A program made the position numbers and the translations under genes. From the NCBI GenBank assembly GCA_026401075.1, contig JAPLNQ010000163.1:498-64497 (forward strand): a stretch of DNA of 64,000 nucleotides. The letters run 5' to 3'. Of this stretch, positions 1 through 9,310 are shown one piece after another. Origin of the DNA: Planctomycetia bacterium (GTDB lineage: Bacteria; Planctomycetota; Planctomycetia; Pirellulales; UBA1268). Under the pieces are notes generated by a model. It saw only the letters and a program-made list of their open reading frames with translations, was not told where the DNA came from and searched no databases. The first letter of the stretch is position 1, and every line of letters begins with the position of its first letter.

Positions 1-292
1 GCAGGATCGCCAGGAGCACGCCCGGCACGCCGCCACCGGTGCCGACATCGAGCACGTGGGCGCCGGTCTCGAGATGAGGGGCGATCGCCACCGCATCGGC
101 CACATCACGGGAGACGAATTTCTCCACGTCGGTATGCCGGGTGAGGTTCAGCCGTTCATTCCAAGACCAGAGGCTCGCCGCATAGGCGGCGAGCCTCGGC
201 ACGGAGTCGGACGAAACAGATAGACCGAGCCGCTCGCATTCAGCGGCGACTGCGGCTGCAAGGTCTGCCGGGGACGGTTCCTGATGCGTCAC
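1..292 (-). CDS. rsmG: 16S rRNA (guanine527-N7)-methyltransferase RsmG, partial (C-terminus lies beyond the left edge)
   Basis: Hand translation of the minus strand gives ...[66 protein letters not shown], with the SAM-binding DVGTGGG motif and an RsmG-like N-terminal region. The likely GTG start at 292-290 overlaps the glnN stop (GTGA). Not in the ORF track because it is truncated. Confidence 0.75.
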   Translation of the reverse strand, partial: MTHQEPSPADLAAAVAAECERLGLSVSSDSVPRLAAYAASLWSWNERLNLTRHTDVEKFVSRDVADAVAIAPHLETGAHVLDVGTGGGVPGVLLAIL

Positions 293-2460
293 TTGATGAA
301 CAGCATCTCGCGGTAGGTTGGCAGCGGCCAGAGATCGTCCGGCAGGATCGACTCCATCTGGTCCGCCGTCTCCCGCAGCGACACCATCGACGGGATCACG
401 TCGTCATGGAAGTGCGTGACCTCGGCGCGAAGATCATGGCCGCCGTGTGCCAGCGCGTTCTCCAAGGCCTCGATTCGTTGCTCAAAGGTCCCGACCAGTT
501 TCGTGAGCTTGTCGAGTGTGCCCATGTGCACCGTCTGGCCAAGACTCTTGAGCTTCGACGCCGTATCGACCAGTTCACCCTGATACCGATAGCCCGCCGG
601 CAGGATCATCGTCTTGGCGATCTGCACCGCCGAATTCGCCTCGGCATTGATGTCCTTGCAATAGCGTTCCAGGTAAATTTCGTAGCGGCTGCGCATCTCC
701 CGCTCCGAGAGCACGCCGTATTTCTCGAACAGGGCGATGTTCTTCGGCGTGACGAGCACATCGAGCGCCTCAGGCGTTGCCTTCAGATTCGGGAGCCCGC
801 GACGCTTTGCCTCCTCCTGCCACTCGGCTGAGTAGCCGTTGCCATTGAAGATCACCGCCTTGTGCTCGGAGATGATCTGCTGCAGCAGTTTCTCGATTGC
901 GCCGCTGAGTTTCGCGGCGTCGCCGCCCGTGGCCTTTTCCAGTTCGTTGGCGATGTAGTCGAGGCTCTCCGCCACGATCGTGTTGAGGGCCACGAGCGGC
1001 CCGGCGATCGACTGGCTGGAACCGACCGCGCGGAACTCGAACTTGTTGCCCGTGAAGGCAAACGGGCTGGTGCGATTGCGATCGCCGGCATGCTTCGGCA
1101 GCGGTGGCAGCGTATCGACACCCACGGTCAGGGTGCCGCTCGACTTGCTGCTGGTGGCCTTCCCCTTCTCGATCTCCTCGAAGACGTCGGAGCGCTGGTC
1201 GCCGAGGAAGATCGAGATTATCGCCGGCGGCGCCTCGTTGGCACCGAGACGGTGATCGTTACCGCTGGCGGCCACGACCGACCGCAGGAGGTCACCGTGC
1301 ATGTGAACGGCCCGGATCACCGCCGCGCAGAACACGAGGAACTGCATGTTGGCATGGGGCGTCTCGCCCGGCTCGAGCAGGTTGCCCAGCCTGCAGCCGA
1401 TCGACCAGTTGACGTGCTTGCCGGATCCATTGATGCCCGCGAAGGGCTTCTCGTGCAGCAGGCAGGCCATGCCGTACTTCTGCGCCACCCGCAGCAGCGT
1501 CTGCATGATCGTCTGCTGATGGTCGGTGGCGATGTTGGCGTTCTCGTAAAGCGGCGCGATCTCGTACTGCGAGGGTGCCACCTCGTTGTGCCGCGTCTTC
1601 ACCGGCACGCCGAGCTTGAAGAGCTCCCGCTCCCCTTCGAGCATGCAGGCGAGCACCCGCTCGGGGATCGCCCCGAAATACTGATCTTCGAACTCCTGTC
1701 CCTTCGGCGGCTTGGCGCCGAAGAGCGTCCGGCCGGTGACGACGAGGTCGGGACGGGCAAAGAAGAAATTCCTGTCGATGAGGAAGTATTCCTGCTCCGG
1801 TCCGGCCGACGCCGTTACCTGGCCGACGTCCTTGTGGCCAAGCACCGCGAGCACGCGGCGGGCCTGCTTGTCGACGGCCTGCATCGACCGCAAGAGCGGC
1901 GTCTTCTTGTCGAGCGCCTCGCCCGTCCACGAACAGAAAGCGGTCGGGATGCAGAGCGTGGTGCCGTTGGGATTGTCGAGGATGTAGGCCGGGCTGGTCG
2001 GATCCCAGGCGGTGTACCCGCGGGCTTCGAAGGTGGCCCGGAGGCCGCCGGACGGGAAGCTCGAAGCGTCGGGCTCGCCCTGACACAGTTCCTTGCCCGA
2101 AAACTCGGCCATCGCATGGCCGTCGCCCGTCGGCGTGAGAAAGGAGTCGTGCTTCTCGGCGGTGATGCCGGTGAGCGGGTAGAAGACGTGGGCGTAGTGG
2201 GTGGCGCCCTTCTCGATCGCCCAGTCCTTCATTGCCAAGGCCACCGCGTCGGCGATGCCCGGATCAAGCGGCTTGCCCTGCTTGATGGTGGCCTGCAGCG
2301 CCTTGTAGACACTCTTCGGCAGCCGGTCCTTCATCGCAGAGTCACCGAACACGTTGGCGCCGAAGATCTCGCTGGTGGGCGTCTCGCGGAAGTTCCACGC
2401 CTGCCCGTTGGACTTGTAACTGTTGATGGCGGAGATGGCACTGGCACGGGCACTGGTCAT
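289..2460 (-). CDS. glnN: Glutamine synthetase type III (GlnN)
   Basis: Track ORF 289..2559. The ~723-aa product from the ATG at 2460 (MTSARAS...) has GS-III length. Motifs: [17 protein letters not shown]-terminus, [25 protein letters not shown] purine-rich SD-like run (agaagaagga) precedes 2460. Confidence 0.9.
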   Translation of the reverse strand: MTSARASAISAINSYKSNGQAWNFRETPTSEIFGANVFGDSAMKDRLPKSVYKALQATIKQGKPLDPGIADAVALAMKDWAIEKGATHYAHVFYPLTGITAEKHDSFLTPTGDGHAMAEFSGKELCQGEPDASSFPSGGLRATFEARGYTAWDPTSPAYILDNPNGTTLCIPTAFCSWTGEALDKKTPLLRSMQAVDKQARRVLAVLGHKDVGQVTASAGPEQEYFLIDRNFFFARPDLVVTGRTLFGAKPPKGQEFEDQYFGAIPERVLACMLEGERELFKLGVPVKTRHNEVAPSQYEIAPLYENANIATDHQQTIMQTLLRVAQKYGMACLLHEKPFAGINGSGKHVNWSIGCRLGNLLEPGETPHANMQFLVFCAAVIRAVHMHGDLLRSVVAASGNDHRLGANEAPPAIISIFLGDQRSDVFEEIEKGKATSSKSSGTLTVGVDTLPPLPKHAGDRNRTSPFAFTGNKFEFRAVGSSQSIAGPLVALNTIVAESLDYIANELEKATGGDAAKLSGAIEKLLQQIISEHKAVIFNGNGYSAEWQEEAKRRGLPNLKATPEALDVLVTPKNIALFEKYGVLSEREMRSRYEIYLERYCKDINAEANSAVQIAKTMILPAGYRYQGELVDTASKLKSLGQTVHMGTLDKLTKLVGTFEQRIEALENALAHGGHDLRAEVTHFHDDVIPSMVSLRETADQMESILPDDLWPLPTYREMLFIK

Positions 2461-2525
2461 GGCATGGTCCTTCTTCTTAAAAGACGGCGCGCCGGTCGCG
2501 CGCGGAAAGTTGGTGGGATGGTGGT

Positions 2526-2564
2526 TGAAAATCAAGCGGAAAACCGACCTGAAAATCAAGCGGA
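2526..2564. promoter_or_regulatory. Two perfect 15-bp direct repeats (tgaaaatcaagcgga) upstream of glnN
   Basis: Copies at 2526-2540 and 2550-2564, with a 24-bp period, lie 66-104 nt upstream of the glnN ATG. A candidate operator or enhancer; the binding protein is unknown. Confidence 0.4.
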
Positions 2565-2676
2565 CCGCCGCCAGAAGAAGAGACCCACGGCCCGCTGATT
2601 TCCGCGAAACCCTCGCAGACTAGCGGCGCGAGCGGGCCAGTTCAAGTAGCCGATCCCGACACGGGCGACGAGCCGT

Positions 2677-4365
2677 CTACCGGGCGACCGTGGTGCGGCT
2701 GACCGGCTTCGCCGCGGGGCGGGACGCCACCGATCGCCTGGCTACTTCGAGCGCCGCGTCGAGGAATGGGTCGCCCGCCTGCGCCACAAACACACCCGCG
2801 GCGGGCCGGGCCACCGACTGCACCTGCAGGTCGGGCTCGACCCCCACCCGGCTATACGGCAGGCCCTTCGGCGAGAAGAACTTCGCGGTCGTCAGCCGCA
2901 TGCCGACGCCACCCACTTCCAGAGGGAAGATGCCCTGGATGGAACCCTTCCCGTAGCTGCGGGTGCCGACGAGCGTGGCCCGGCCATGGTCACGCATGGC
3001 ACCGGCAAAAATCTCGCTCGAACTGGCCGACTCGCCGTCGATGACCACGACCAGCGGCATCCGCCACGTGCCAGGACGGCTGGCCGAGTAATTGAAATCC
3101 TCTTCGGGACTACGGCCGCGGGTGGCCACGACCAGCCCCCGCTCGAGGAACAGGTCGGACACGTCGACCGCCGACGACAACAGGCCCCCGGGGTTGCCCC
3201 GCAGATCGACAACCAGCGACCGCATGCCGGCGACATCGAGGCGACGCAGGGCGGCTTCGAGGTCGGCGGCCGTAGTCTTTTGGAACGAGGAAATCTTCAG
3301 ATAGCCGACGCCGGTCGACGGATCGAGCATCCGCACGTTCTCGATGCTCGGCACTTCGACATGCTCGCGACGCACCGTGACGGCCCGGGCCGGGGCGGGT
3401 GCCCGCAGCACGGCAAGCGTCACGACCGAACCCTCGGCGCCTTGGAGCAGCTGCGCCGCCTCATCGACATTCATGCCGCCGAGGGCGCGACCGCCCACGG
3501 CCACCAGATGATCACCGGCCCGAATCCCCGCCCGCTCGGCCGGGCTCGCGGGAATCACGTGCACCACCAGCAGCCCGTCGTCAGCGCTCTTCAGTTCCAC
3601 GCCGAGGCCCACGAAGTTGCCCTCGATCTGGGCGTAGAGATCGTCGAGCTGGCCGTTGGTGAGGAAGGCTGAATATTCGTCAAGTCCACCCACCGCGGCG
3701 GCGGTCATCTCCATCAGCGTCACGGCCGGAGGAATGCCGAGCGTCGCGTGCCCAGCCCGCGCTACCCAGGCGGCCAGCGTCTCTGCCTCGACCGGCGACG
3801 TGATCGTGCGGCCCGCGGTGATCCGTGCGACCTGATCGCGGTAGAGCACTCGCCGTTCTGGCGTGGCTTGCTGGGCATAGAGCGAGACAAACGTAGGGTC
3901 GTCGATTGCCACGTCCATCGTCAGACAGCCACGCGAGACGAGGCGGGCAAATTGCGGGGCCTCCACATGATGCGAGCCGATGCGTCCGAGCACCTCTGCG
4001 TAGAGCCGGCGGGCGTCGGTCTCCGCGAGCTTGCCCAACTGCTTGCGGAAGGCGTGTTCACAGTGCCGGCGGGACAGATCGCAATGAATCTTGGCCAGGT
4101 CATACCGCTGCTGCAGTTCGGGGGCGAGGGCCCCCTTGCGGGCCGCCGTCTCACAGAGCGACACCACATCGGCCCACCGCTGCTCGCGTTCGAGCATGGT
4201 GGAACGAGCCACGAGGTCGTCCTGCCCGCCGGCCAGTTCCGGGGCGCGAACCGCCTCGGGGGCCTTGCGGGCCTCAGACTCAGCCGCGAGGACGTCGCCG
4301 CCCGCAAACACCAGCCCGATCGCCATCAGAATGGGCGAGAAGGCGAAAAGCGGAACGCGTGCCAT
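2677..4365 (-). CDS. S41 family C-terminal processing (tail-specific) peptidase with PDZ domain
   Basis: Track ORF 2677..4512. Motifs: RGNPGGLLSSAVDVSDLFL and VVVIDGESASSSEIFAGAMRDHGRATLVGTRSYGKGSIQ. The start is set at ATG 4365 (MARVPLFAFSPILMAIGLVFAGG, signal or anchor). Confidence 0.85.
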   Translation of the reverse strand: MARVPLFAFSPILMAIGLVFAGGDVLAAESEARKAPEAVRAPELAGGQDDLVARSTMLEREQRWADVVSLCETAARKGALAPELQQRYDLAKIHCDLSRRHCEHAFRKQLGKLAETDARRLYAEVLGRIGSHHVEAPQFARLVSRGCLTMDVAIDDPTFVSLYAQQATPERRVLYRDQVARITAGRTITSPVEAETLAAWVARAGHATLGIPPAVTLMEMTAAAVGGLDEYSAFLTNGQLDDLYAQIEGNFVGLGVELKSADDGLLVVHVIPASPAERAGIRAGDHLVAVGGRALGGMNVDEAAQLLQGAEGSVVTLAVLRAPAPARAVTVRREHVEVPSIENVRMLDPSTGVGYLKISSFQKTTAADLEAALRRLDVAGMRSLVVDLRGNPGGLLSSAVDVSDLFLERGLVVATRGRSPEEDFNYSASRPGTWRMPLVVVIDGESASSSEIFAGAMRDHGRATLVGTRSYGKGSIQGIFPLEVGGVGMRLTTAKFFSPKGLPYSRVGVEPDLQVQSVARPAAGVFVAQAGDPFLDAALEVARRSVASRPAAKPVSRTTVAR

Positions 4366-4717
4366 GAGGCGGCCGATCAGTCGGGTGCAGGGAAGGTCCG
4401 GGCAAAGCCGGTTGTTATCCGGGCAAAGCCAGGCTTGGCCACACGTCGAGAGGGTGACGACGGTCACTGACGGCAATCCGTTCGCAAGGCCGCATTCCGG
4501 CGCGGCAGGCATGCGGTCTCTCCGTTGACCGCTCGCGATTATGGATCACGTTCAGACGGCGGTCAAAAAATCGCAGCCCTCCAACCGCAGATTTTTCCAG
4601 CCCACCGGAGCGGCCGCGGAAACCCGGCGGCAACCGTCATCCACGGTCTCCACGACACTCCCAGGCGACACCTTGGTACGATGGAGTCCTGCACGAGAGG
4701 CTTCAACGGCACCCCCA

Positions 4718-5488
4718 ATGGCCCGCACCAACCGCACGAACAGCCCGTCCGACACAAACAGCACAGTCGCAGGTCCCTCACCCGCGCAGGCGGCAGACTC
4801 CCCAGGCAGCCCGACCGCCCCCGCGAACGCGGCCATATCCGAGCCGCAGCCAACGCTTGTGCTGCTCGACCGCGTCCGCCAAGGAGACGGCAACGCGATC
4901 AACGGCCTGCTCGAACGCCATCGCGCGGCGATCCGCCGGATGATCGACCAGCGGATGGATCGCGTCGTGCAACGGCGGGTGGATGCCAGCGACATCGTGC
5001 AGGACGTGATGATCGAGGCCAACCGCCGGCTCGGCGACTATCTGGCCAACCCCACCATGCCGTTCCAGCTCTGGCTGCGGCACATGGCCCGGGATCGCCT
5101 CATCGACGCCCACCGCCGGCATCGCGTCGCCGCCACTCGCAGCCTCGACCGCGAGGTGTCGCTGACCGTGCCCGCGGGGCAGGATCATTCACAGGCCGAC
5201 CTGATCGGCCAGCTGGCCGACCGGGAACTCACTCCAGCTGCGGCCGCGACCTGGCACGAGCTGGAACGCCGGTTTGCCGCGGCAGTGGAACAGCTTGACG
5301 AGGACGATCGGAAGATCGTGCTGCTGCGGCACTTCGAGCACCTCTCCACGGCGGAAGCCGCCGACACGCTGGGGCTGACGAAGCCCGCCGCGGGAATGCG
5401 GTATCTGCGGGCGATGCGCCGGCTGCGGATCCTCCTTGACGGCGGCTTCGATTCGCTGGCCATCGAGCAGGCCAGGACGAAGCCCTGA
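4718..5488 (+). CDS. ECF-type sigma-70 family RNA polymerase sigma factor
   Basis: Track ORF 4541..5488. Region 2 (DIVQDVMIEANRRLGDY...LWLRHMARDRLIDAHR) and region 4 HTH (LSTAEAADTLGLTKPAAGMRYLRAMRRLR). The start is uncertain (ATG 4718 or 4541). A Ser/Thr kinase gene follows directly. Confidence 0.8.
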   Translation: MARTNRTNSPSDTNSTVAGPSPAQAADSPGSPTAPANAAISEPQPTLVLLDRVRQGDGNAINGLLERHRAAIRRMIDQRMDRVVQRRVDASDIVQDVMIEANRRLGDYLANPTMPFQLWLRHMARDRLIDAHRRHRVAATRSLDREVSLTVPAGQDHSQADLIGQLADRELTPAAAATWHELERRFAAAVEQLDEDDRKIVLLRHFEHLSTAEAADTLGLTKPAAGMRYLRAMRRLRILLDGGFDSLAIEQARTKP

Positions 5489-5524
5489 TCGGGTCCGTCG
5501 CAGACGGTCCCCCATCCAGACCTG

Positions 5525-6997
5525 ATGCCTATCATGACGACGAGGTATGGCATGACACCCACCACCGCATTCCGCACCCGTGCCGTGGACACTCCCCTCT
5601 CGGTAGACGACGAGGAGCTGCTGGCGACGTTGGTTGAGGAGCTTTCCGAACTCCGCGGGCCCGCGGCTCAGGCGACGCTCGAACACCTGGTAGCCGACCA
5701 CCCGCGGCTAGCCGGCCAGCTCCGTGAGCTGTTTGCGGCCATGCTGGTGACCGATGCGGTCGCCGAGCAGTCGACGGTCTTTGCCCGTGATGTCCATGCG
5801 GCTGACCGCGGGAGTGGCAGCGGGGCAACATCATCCGCGTCGTGGCCGACGGCGGGCACCGGCATGCTGCCCGGCGTTACACCGCTTCCGCTCACGTTCG
5901 GCGACTATGAACTGCTCGAGGAGATCGGCCGCGGCGGCATGGGTGTGGTCTATCGGGCGGTCCAAAAAAGCCTCGGCCGCACGGTGGCCATCAAAATGCT
6001 CTTGCGACGCGATCTGGCGTCGCCCGCTGATCTTTCGCGATTCCGCAGTGAGGCGGAGGCCGCCGCGCAACTCGACCATCCCGGCATCGTCTCGATCTTC
6101 GAGGTCGGCGAGTGCGACGGACACCCTTTTTACAGCATGCAGCTGGTGGAGGGGACGACGCTGGCCAAGCGGCTGCGGCAGGGCCCGCTGCCCGCCCGCG
6201 AGGCTGCGGCCCTTTTGGCGAAGGTGGCCGATGCCGTTCAGGTGGCCCATACGCGGGGCGTGCTCCATCGCGATTTGAAGCCCTCGAACATCCTCATCGA
6301 TGGCGGTGGCGAGCCGCATGTCTCCGACTTTGGACTCGCCAAGCGGCTGGAGGCGGAGGAGTCGGTCACCCATACCGGCGCCATCCTCGGCACACCCTGC
6401 TACATGTCGCCCGAGCAGGCGGCCGGGAGCCGCGGCGATGTCGGGCCGACGAGCGATGTCTGGAGCCTGGGCGCGATTCTCTACCAGATGCTTACCGACC
6501 GGCCACCGTTCCAGGCGTCGAGTCCGATGGACACACTTTTGGCGGTGCTCGAGTCGGATCCGCCCGTGCCCCGATCGATCGACCGGCAGGTGGACCGCGA
6601 CCTCGAGATGATCGCGCTGAAGTCGCTGCAGAAGCCGCAGGAACTCCGCTATGGCTCCGCGGCTGAACTGGCGGCGGATCTGCGCGCTTTTCTCGCCGGC
6701 GAACCCGTGGCAGCGCGGCACGGCGGGCTTGCCGACATCTTTGCCCGCCTGTTCCGCGAGACCCATCATGCCGTTGTCCTGGAAAACTGGGGGCTGCTCT
6801 GGATGTGGCACTCGGTCGTGATCCTCGCGCTCTGCGTGACGACCGACGTGCTGGCCTGGCAGGGCGTGACCACCCGTTGGCCCTATCTTGTGCTCTGGGC
6901 CGGCGGCCTGGCACTCTGGGCGCCGATCTTCTGGGCGCTGCGGCAACGGTCCGGCCCCGTGACCGCCGTCGAGAGGCAGATCGCGCACATCTCGTGA
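5525..6997 (+). CDS. Ser/Thr protein kinase with C-terminal transmembrane region
   Basis: Hanks kinase motifs: [41 protein letters not shown]. Hydrophobic segments after residue ~420. An alternative start at ATG 5552 has a GAGG 7 nt upstream. Confidence 0.9.
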   Translation: MPIMTTRYGMTPTTAFRTRAVDTPLSVDDEELLATLVEELSELRGPAAQATLEHLVADHPRLAGQLRELFAAMLVTDAVAEQSTVFARDVHAADRGSGSGATSSASWPTAGTGMLPGVTPLPLTFGDYELLEEIGRGGMGVVYRAVQKSLGRTVAIKMLLRRDLASPADLSRFRSEAEAAAQLDHPGIVSIFEVGECDGHPFYSMQLVEGTTLAKRLRQGPLPAREAAALLAKVADAVQVAHTRGVLHRDLKPSNILIDGGGEPHVSDFGLAKRLEAEESVTHTGAILGTPCYMSPEQAAGSRGDVGPTSDVWSLGAILYQMLTDRPPFQASSPMDTLLAVLESDPPVPRSIDRQVDRDLEMIALKSLQKPQELRYGSAAELAADLRAFLAGEPVAARHGGLADIFARLFRETHHAVVLENWGLLWMWHSVVILALCVTTDVLAWQGVTTRWPYLVLWAGGLALWAPIFWALRQRSGPVTAVERQIAHIS

Positions 6998-7257
6998 TGC
7001 TCTTCTGGGTCGAGGCGTTGCTCGACCTGCCGGTGCTCACGCTCTCGCCTGTGCTTGCCCTGCTGGCCGGCCTCGTCTTCTTCGCCAAGGCAGGAATTCT
7101 CTCCGGTGCCTTCTACATTCAGGCCACCGTGCTCTTTGCCACGGCGCTGGTGATGTGCGTGGCGCGCGATGTGTCGCACGTCATCTTCGGCGTCGTGAGC
7201 GGCATCTGCTTCTTTGTACCGGGATTGAAATACTTCCGCCAACGCGGCAGGGGTTGA
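6997..7257 (+). CDS. Small hydrophobic membrane protein, possibly the detached C-terminal membrane segment of the kinase
   Basis: ATG 6997 overlaps the kinase TGA (gTGATG). The 86-aa product [56 protein letters not shown]... has 2-3 predicted TM helices. Third codon positions are strongly G/C in this frame. Confidence 0.55.
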   Translation: MLFWVEALLDLPVLTLSPVLALLAGLVFFAKAGILSGAFYIQATVLFATALVMCVARDVSHVIFGVVSGICFFVPGLKYFRQRGRG

Positions 7258-7398
7258 TGTCGCCGCGCGGTTCGGGGCTGCCCATGCCCCGTCGCCGGAC
7301 GTTCGCTACGGCCATGAAGCTTTCGCGCCGTCGCCACCGCCACGGGGGAACCGGTTGAGGCTGTCTCGGCATGGAGGACGAGACCGAAGGAGTTCGAC

Positions 7399-7470
7399 CC
7401 GTGGCCACAAGTTTTTAACTTGTGGAATCGATGCCAAGGACACGGACAAGTTAAAAACTTGCCGCCACGG
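7399..7470. repeat. Double-hairpin intergenic repeat, family 1, copy A
   Basis: ccgtggCCACAAGTTtttAACTTGTGGaatcgatgccaaggacacGGACAAGTTaaaAACTTGCCgccacgg. Two inverted ~27-bp hairpin units. Lies between convergent gene ends. Confidence 0.85.
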
Positions 7471-7540
7471 AGGAAAGAAAAACGGACGATTGAGAAACGT
7501 ACCGTCCCGGCGGTGCAGTGCCGATGCGGCAAAGCGTGCC

Positions 7541-9094
7541 CTACCCCACAAACCAAGTCGCCAGCCAGTAGAGGCCGCCCGAGAGGGTCATCGCCACCGG
7601 CAGTGTGAGGATCCAGGCCAGCGCGATCTCTTTCACCGTCTCCGCCTGGATGCCCGACTTGTTGGCCCACATCGTGCCGGCCACGCCGCTGGAGAGCACG
7701 TGCGTTGTGCTGACCGGCATGCCGAGATGGTCGGCCATCGCGATCGTCGTGGCGGCGACCAGTTCGGCCGCACCCCCTTGCGCGTAGGTGAGATGCGTCT
7801 TTCCGATCTTCTCGCCCACCGTCTTCACGATCCGCTCCCAGCCGAACATCGTGCCGATGCCCAGGCAGAGCGCCACGCCCATCACCACCCACTCCGGCAC
7901 GTATTCCACCGGCTTGGCGAGTTGGCCGGCCAGGCTCTTGAGCACCTTGCGGCGGTCCTCCGCCATCCGGTCGCCAAACTGCCGCAACAGCGTGCGGATG
8001 GAGGCACCCAGCTCGACCAGATTGGTCCGCAGTTGCCACCGCTCATCGGCCTGCAGATCCTCGAAACTTTTGTGACCCTCCAGGCTCGCCAAGACCCCCT
8101 GCACCAGCGGCAGCGGGTCGAGCGTGGCCAGCACGATGTCATTGGAAGGATAGGGATTGATGACGTCGTCCACCAGGCTTGCCTCGGTCACTTGGGCAGC
8201 CGACACGGTGTCACTCCGCGAGAGCCGCTCGACCTTTGATTCCGCCAGATGCCGATCCTTGAGAGCCGACATCAGGCCGGCTATTTCCGGATCAGCAAGC
8301 TCTTGTTCCAGCTTCTGGGCGGCCGCGACCGTGGCGGTGAGATCGGCCGTCGAGGAGTTCATGTTGAGGGCGAAGGCCGCCGGCACGATCCCGATCAGCA
8401 CGAGCATGATCAGGCCCATTCCCTTCTGGCCGTCGTTGGAGCCGTGCGCGAAGCTCACGCCGGTGCAGGTGCCGATCAAGAGCGCGCGAATCCACCACGG
8501 CGGCGGCTTGTCGCCGTGGGGCGGCTCATAGAGTTCCTTGGCCGGAATCAGCTTCTTGCTGATGAGCAGCAGCAATGCTGCCAGGCCGAAGCCGATCGCC
8601 GGCGAGAGGAGCAGGGCGATGCCCACCTCGGTGGCCTTGTGCCAGTTGATGCCGCGGGCCATCGAGCCATGCTCCATCAGAGCATTCATCATGCCGACAC
8701 CCATGATTGAGCCGATCAGCGAATGGGAGCTGGAGGCGGGCAGGCCCCGGTACCAGGTGGCGAAATTCCAGATGATGGCGGCGCCCAGCAGAGAGAGCAC
8801 CATCGCCAGGCCGCGGCCGGTCTTGATGTTCACCAGCAGATCGACCGGCAGCAGGTGCACGATACTGAAGGCGACGCCGATGCCGCCGGCATGCACGCCG
8901 ATGAAGTTCCAGAACCCCGACCAGATCACGGCGGGGGTCGGCTTCATCGACTTGGTATAGATCACCGTCGCCACGGCGTTGGCCGTGTCATGAAAGCCGT
9001 TGATGACCTCGAATCCAAACGCGATCACCAGCGCGATCAGCAGCAGGAAGAGTTGGCCGGTGCCAAGGGTGCTGAACACGTCCATGATTTCCAT
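7541..9094 (-). CDS. Inorganic phosphate transporter, PiT family
   Basis: 517 aa and polytopic. PiT signature GFHDTANAVAT near the N-terminus and GSNDGQKGMG internally, with the duplicated signature ...STTHVLSSGVAG near the C-terminus. Confidence 0.9.
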   Translation of the reverse strand: MEIMDVFSTLGTGQLFLLLIALVIAFGFEVINGFHDTANAVATVIYTKSMKPTPAVIWSGFWNFIGVHAGGIGVAFSIVHLLPVDLLVNIKTGRGLAMVLSLLGAAIIWNFATWYRGLPASSSHSLIGSIMGVGMMNALMEHGSMARGINWHKATEVGIALLLSPAIGFGLAALLLLISKKLIPAKELYEPPHGDKPPPWWIRALLIGTCTGVSFAHGSNDGQKGMGLIMLVLIGIVPAAFALNMNSSTADLTATVAAAQKLEQELADPEIAGLMSALKDRHLAESKVERLSRSDTVSAAQVTEASLVDDVINPYPSNDIVLATLDPLPLVQGVLASLEGHKSFEDLQADERWQLRTNLVELGASIRTLLRQFGDRMAEDRRKVLKSLAGQLAKPVEYVPEWVVMGVALCLGIGTMFGWERIVKTVGEKIGKTHLTYAQGGAAELVAATTIAMADHLGMPVSTTHVLSSGVAGTMWANKSGIQAETVKEIALAWILTLPVAMTLSGGLYWLATWFVG

Positions 9095-9310
9095 GGGAAA
9101 AACCGCTTTCTACGCTGAAGTCGGACGGTATCGGGACGAGACCGTGAGGCTACGAGTCCACCCCCACCGATACAAGTCGCCGCACAAAACGCATACAATC
9201 CTCATAATGTGAGTGGTCTGTCATTGTGTGTGTCATCGTGTGTGTCATCGGCACGGCGAACCCACGTCGATCCAGCCGCGTAGCAGCAGGAATAGGGAGA
9301 CCTTCGACAG

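Noticed and set aside
862-2598. 578-aa plus-strand ORF opposite glnN. Similar very long ORFs occur at 55252-57822 (856 aa), 57819-59351 (510 aa), 42145-43515 (456 aa), 26147-27400, 15234-16568, 27781-29427 and 59538-61004.
   Set aside because: All lie antisense to, or out of frame with, genes that have clear family motifs. Their products are Arg/Gly/Pro/Ala-rich low-information sequence with no motifs. Stop-codon-poor shadow frames like these are expected in high-GC DNA.
9219-9250. Short tandem motif tgtcatYgtgtg repeated about 2.5 times in the pit/LRAT divergent intergenic region.
   Set aside because: It is a very short microsatellite-like sequence with no second occurrence in the window and no obvious link to a promoter element. 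Noted only.
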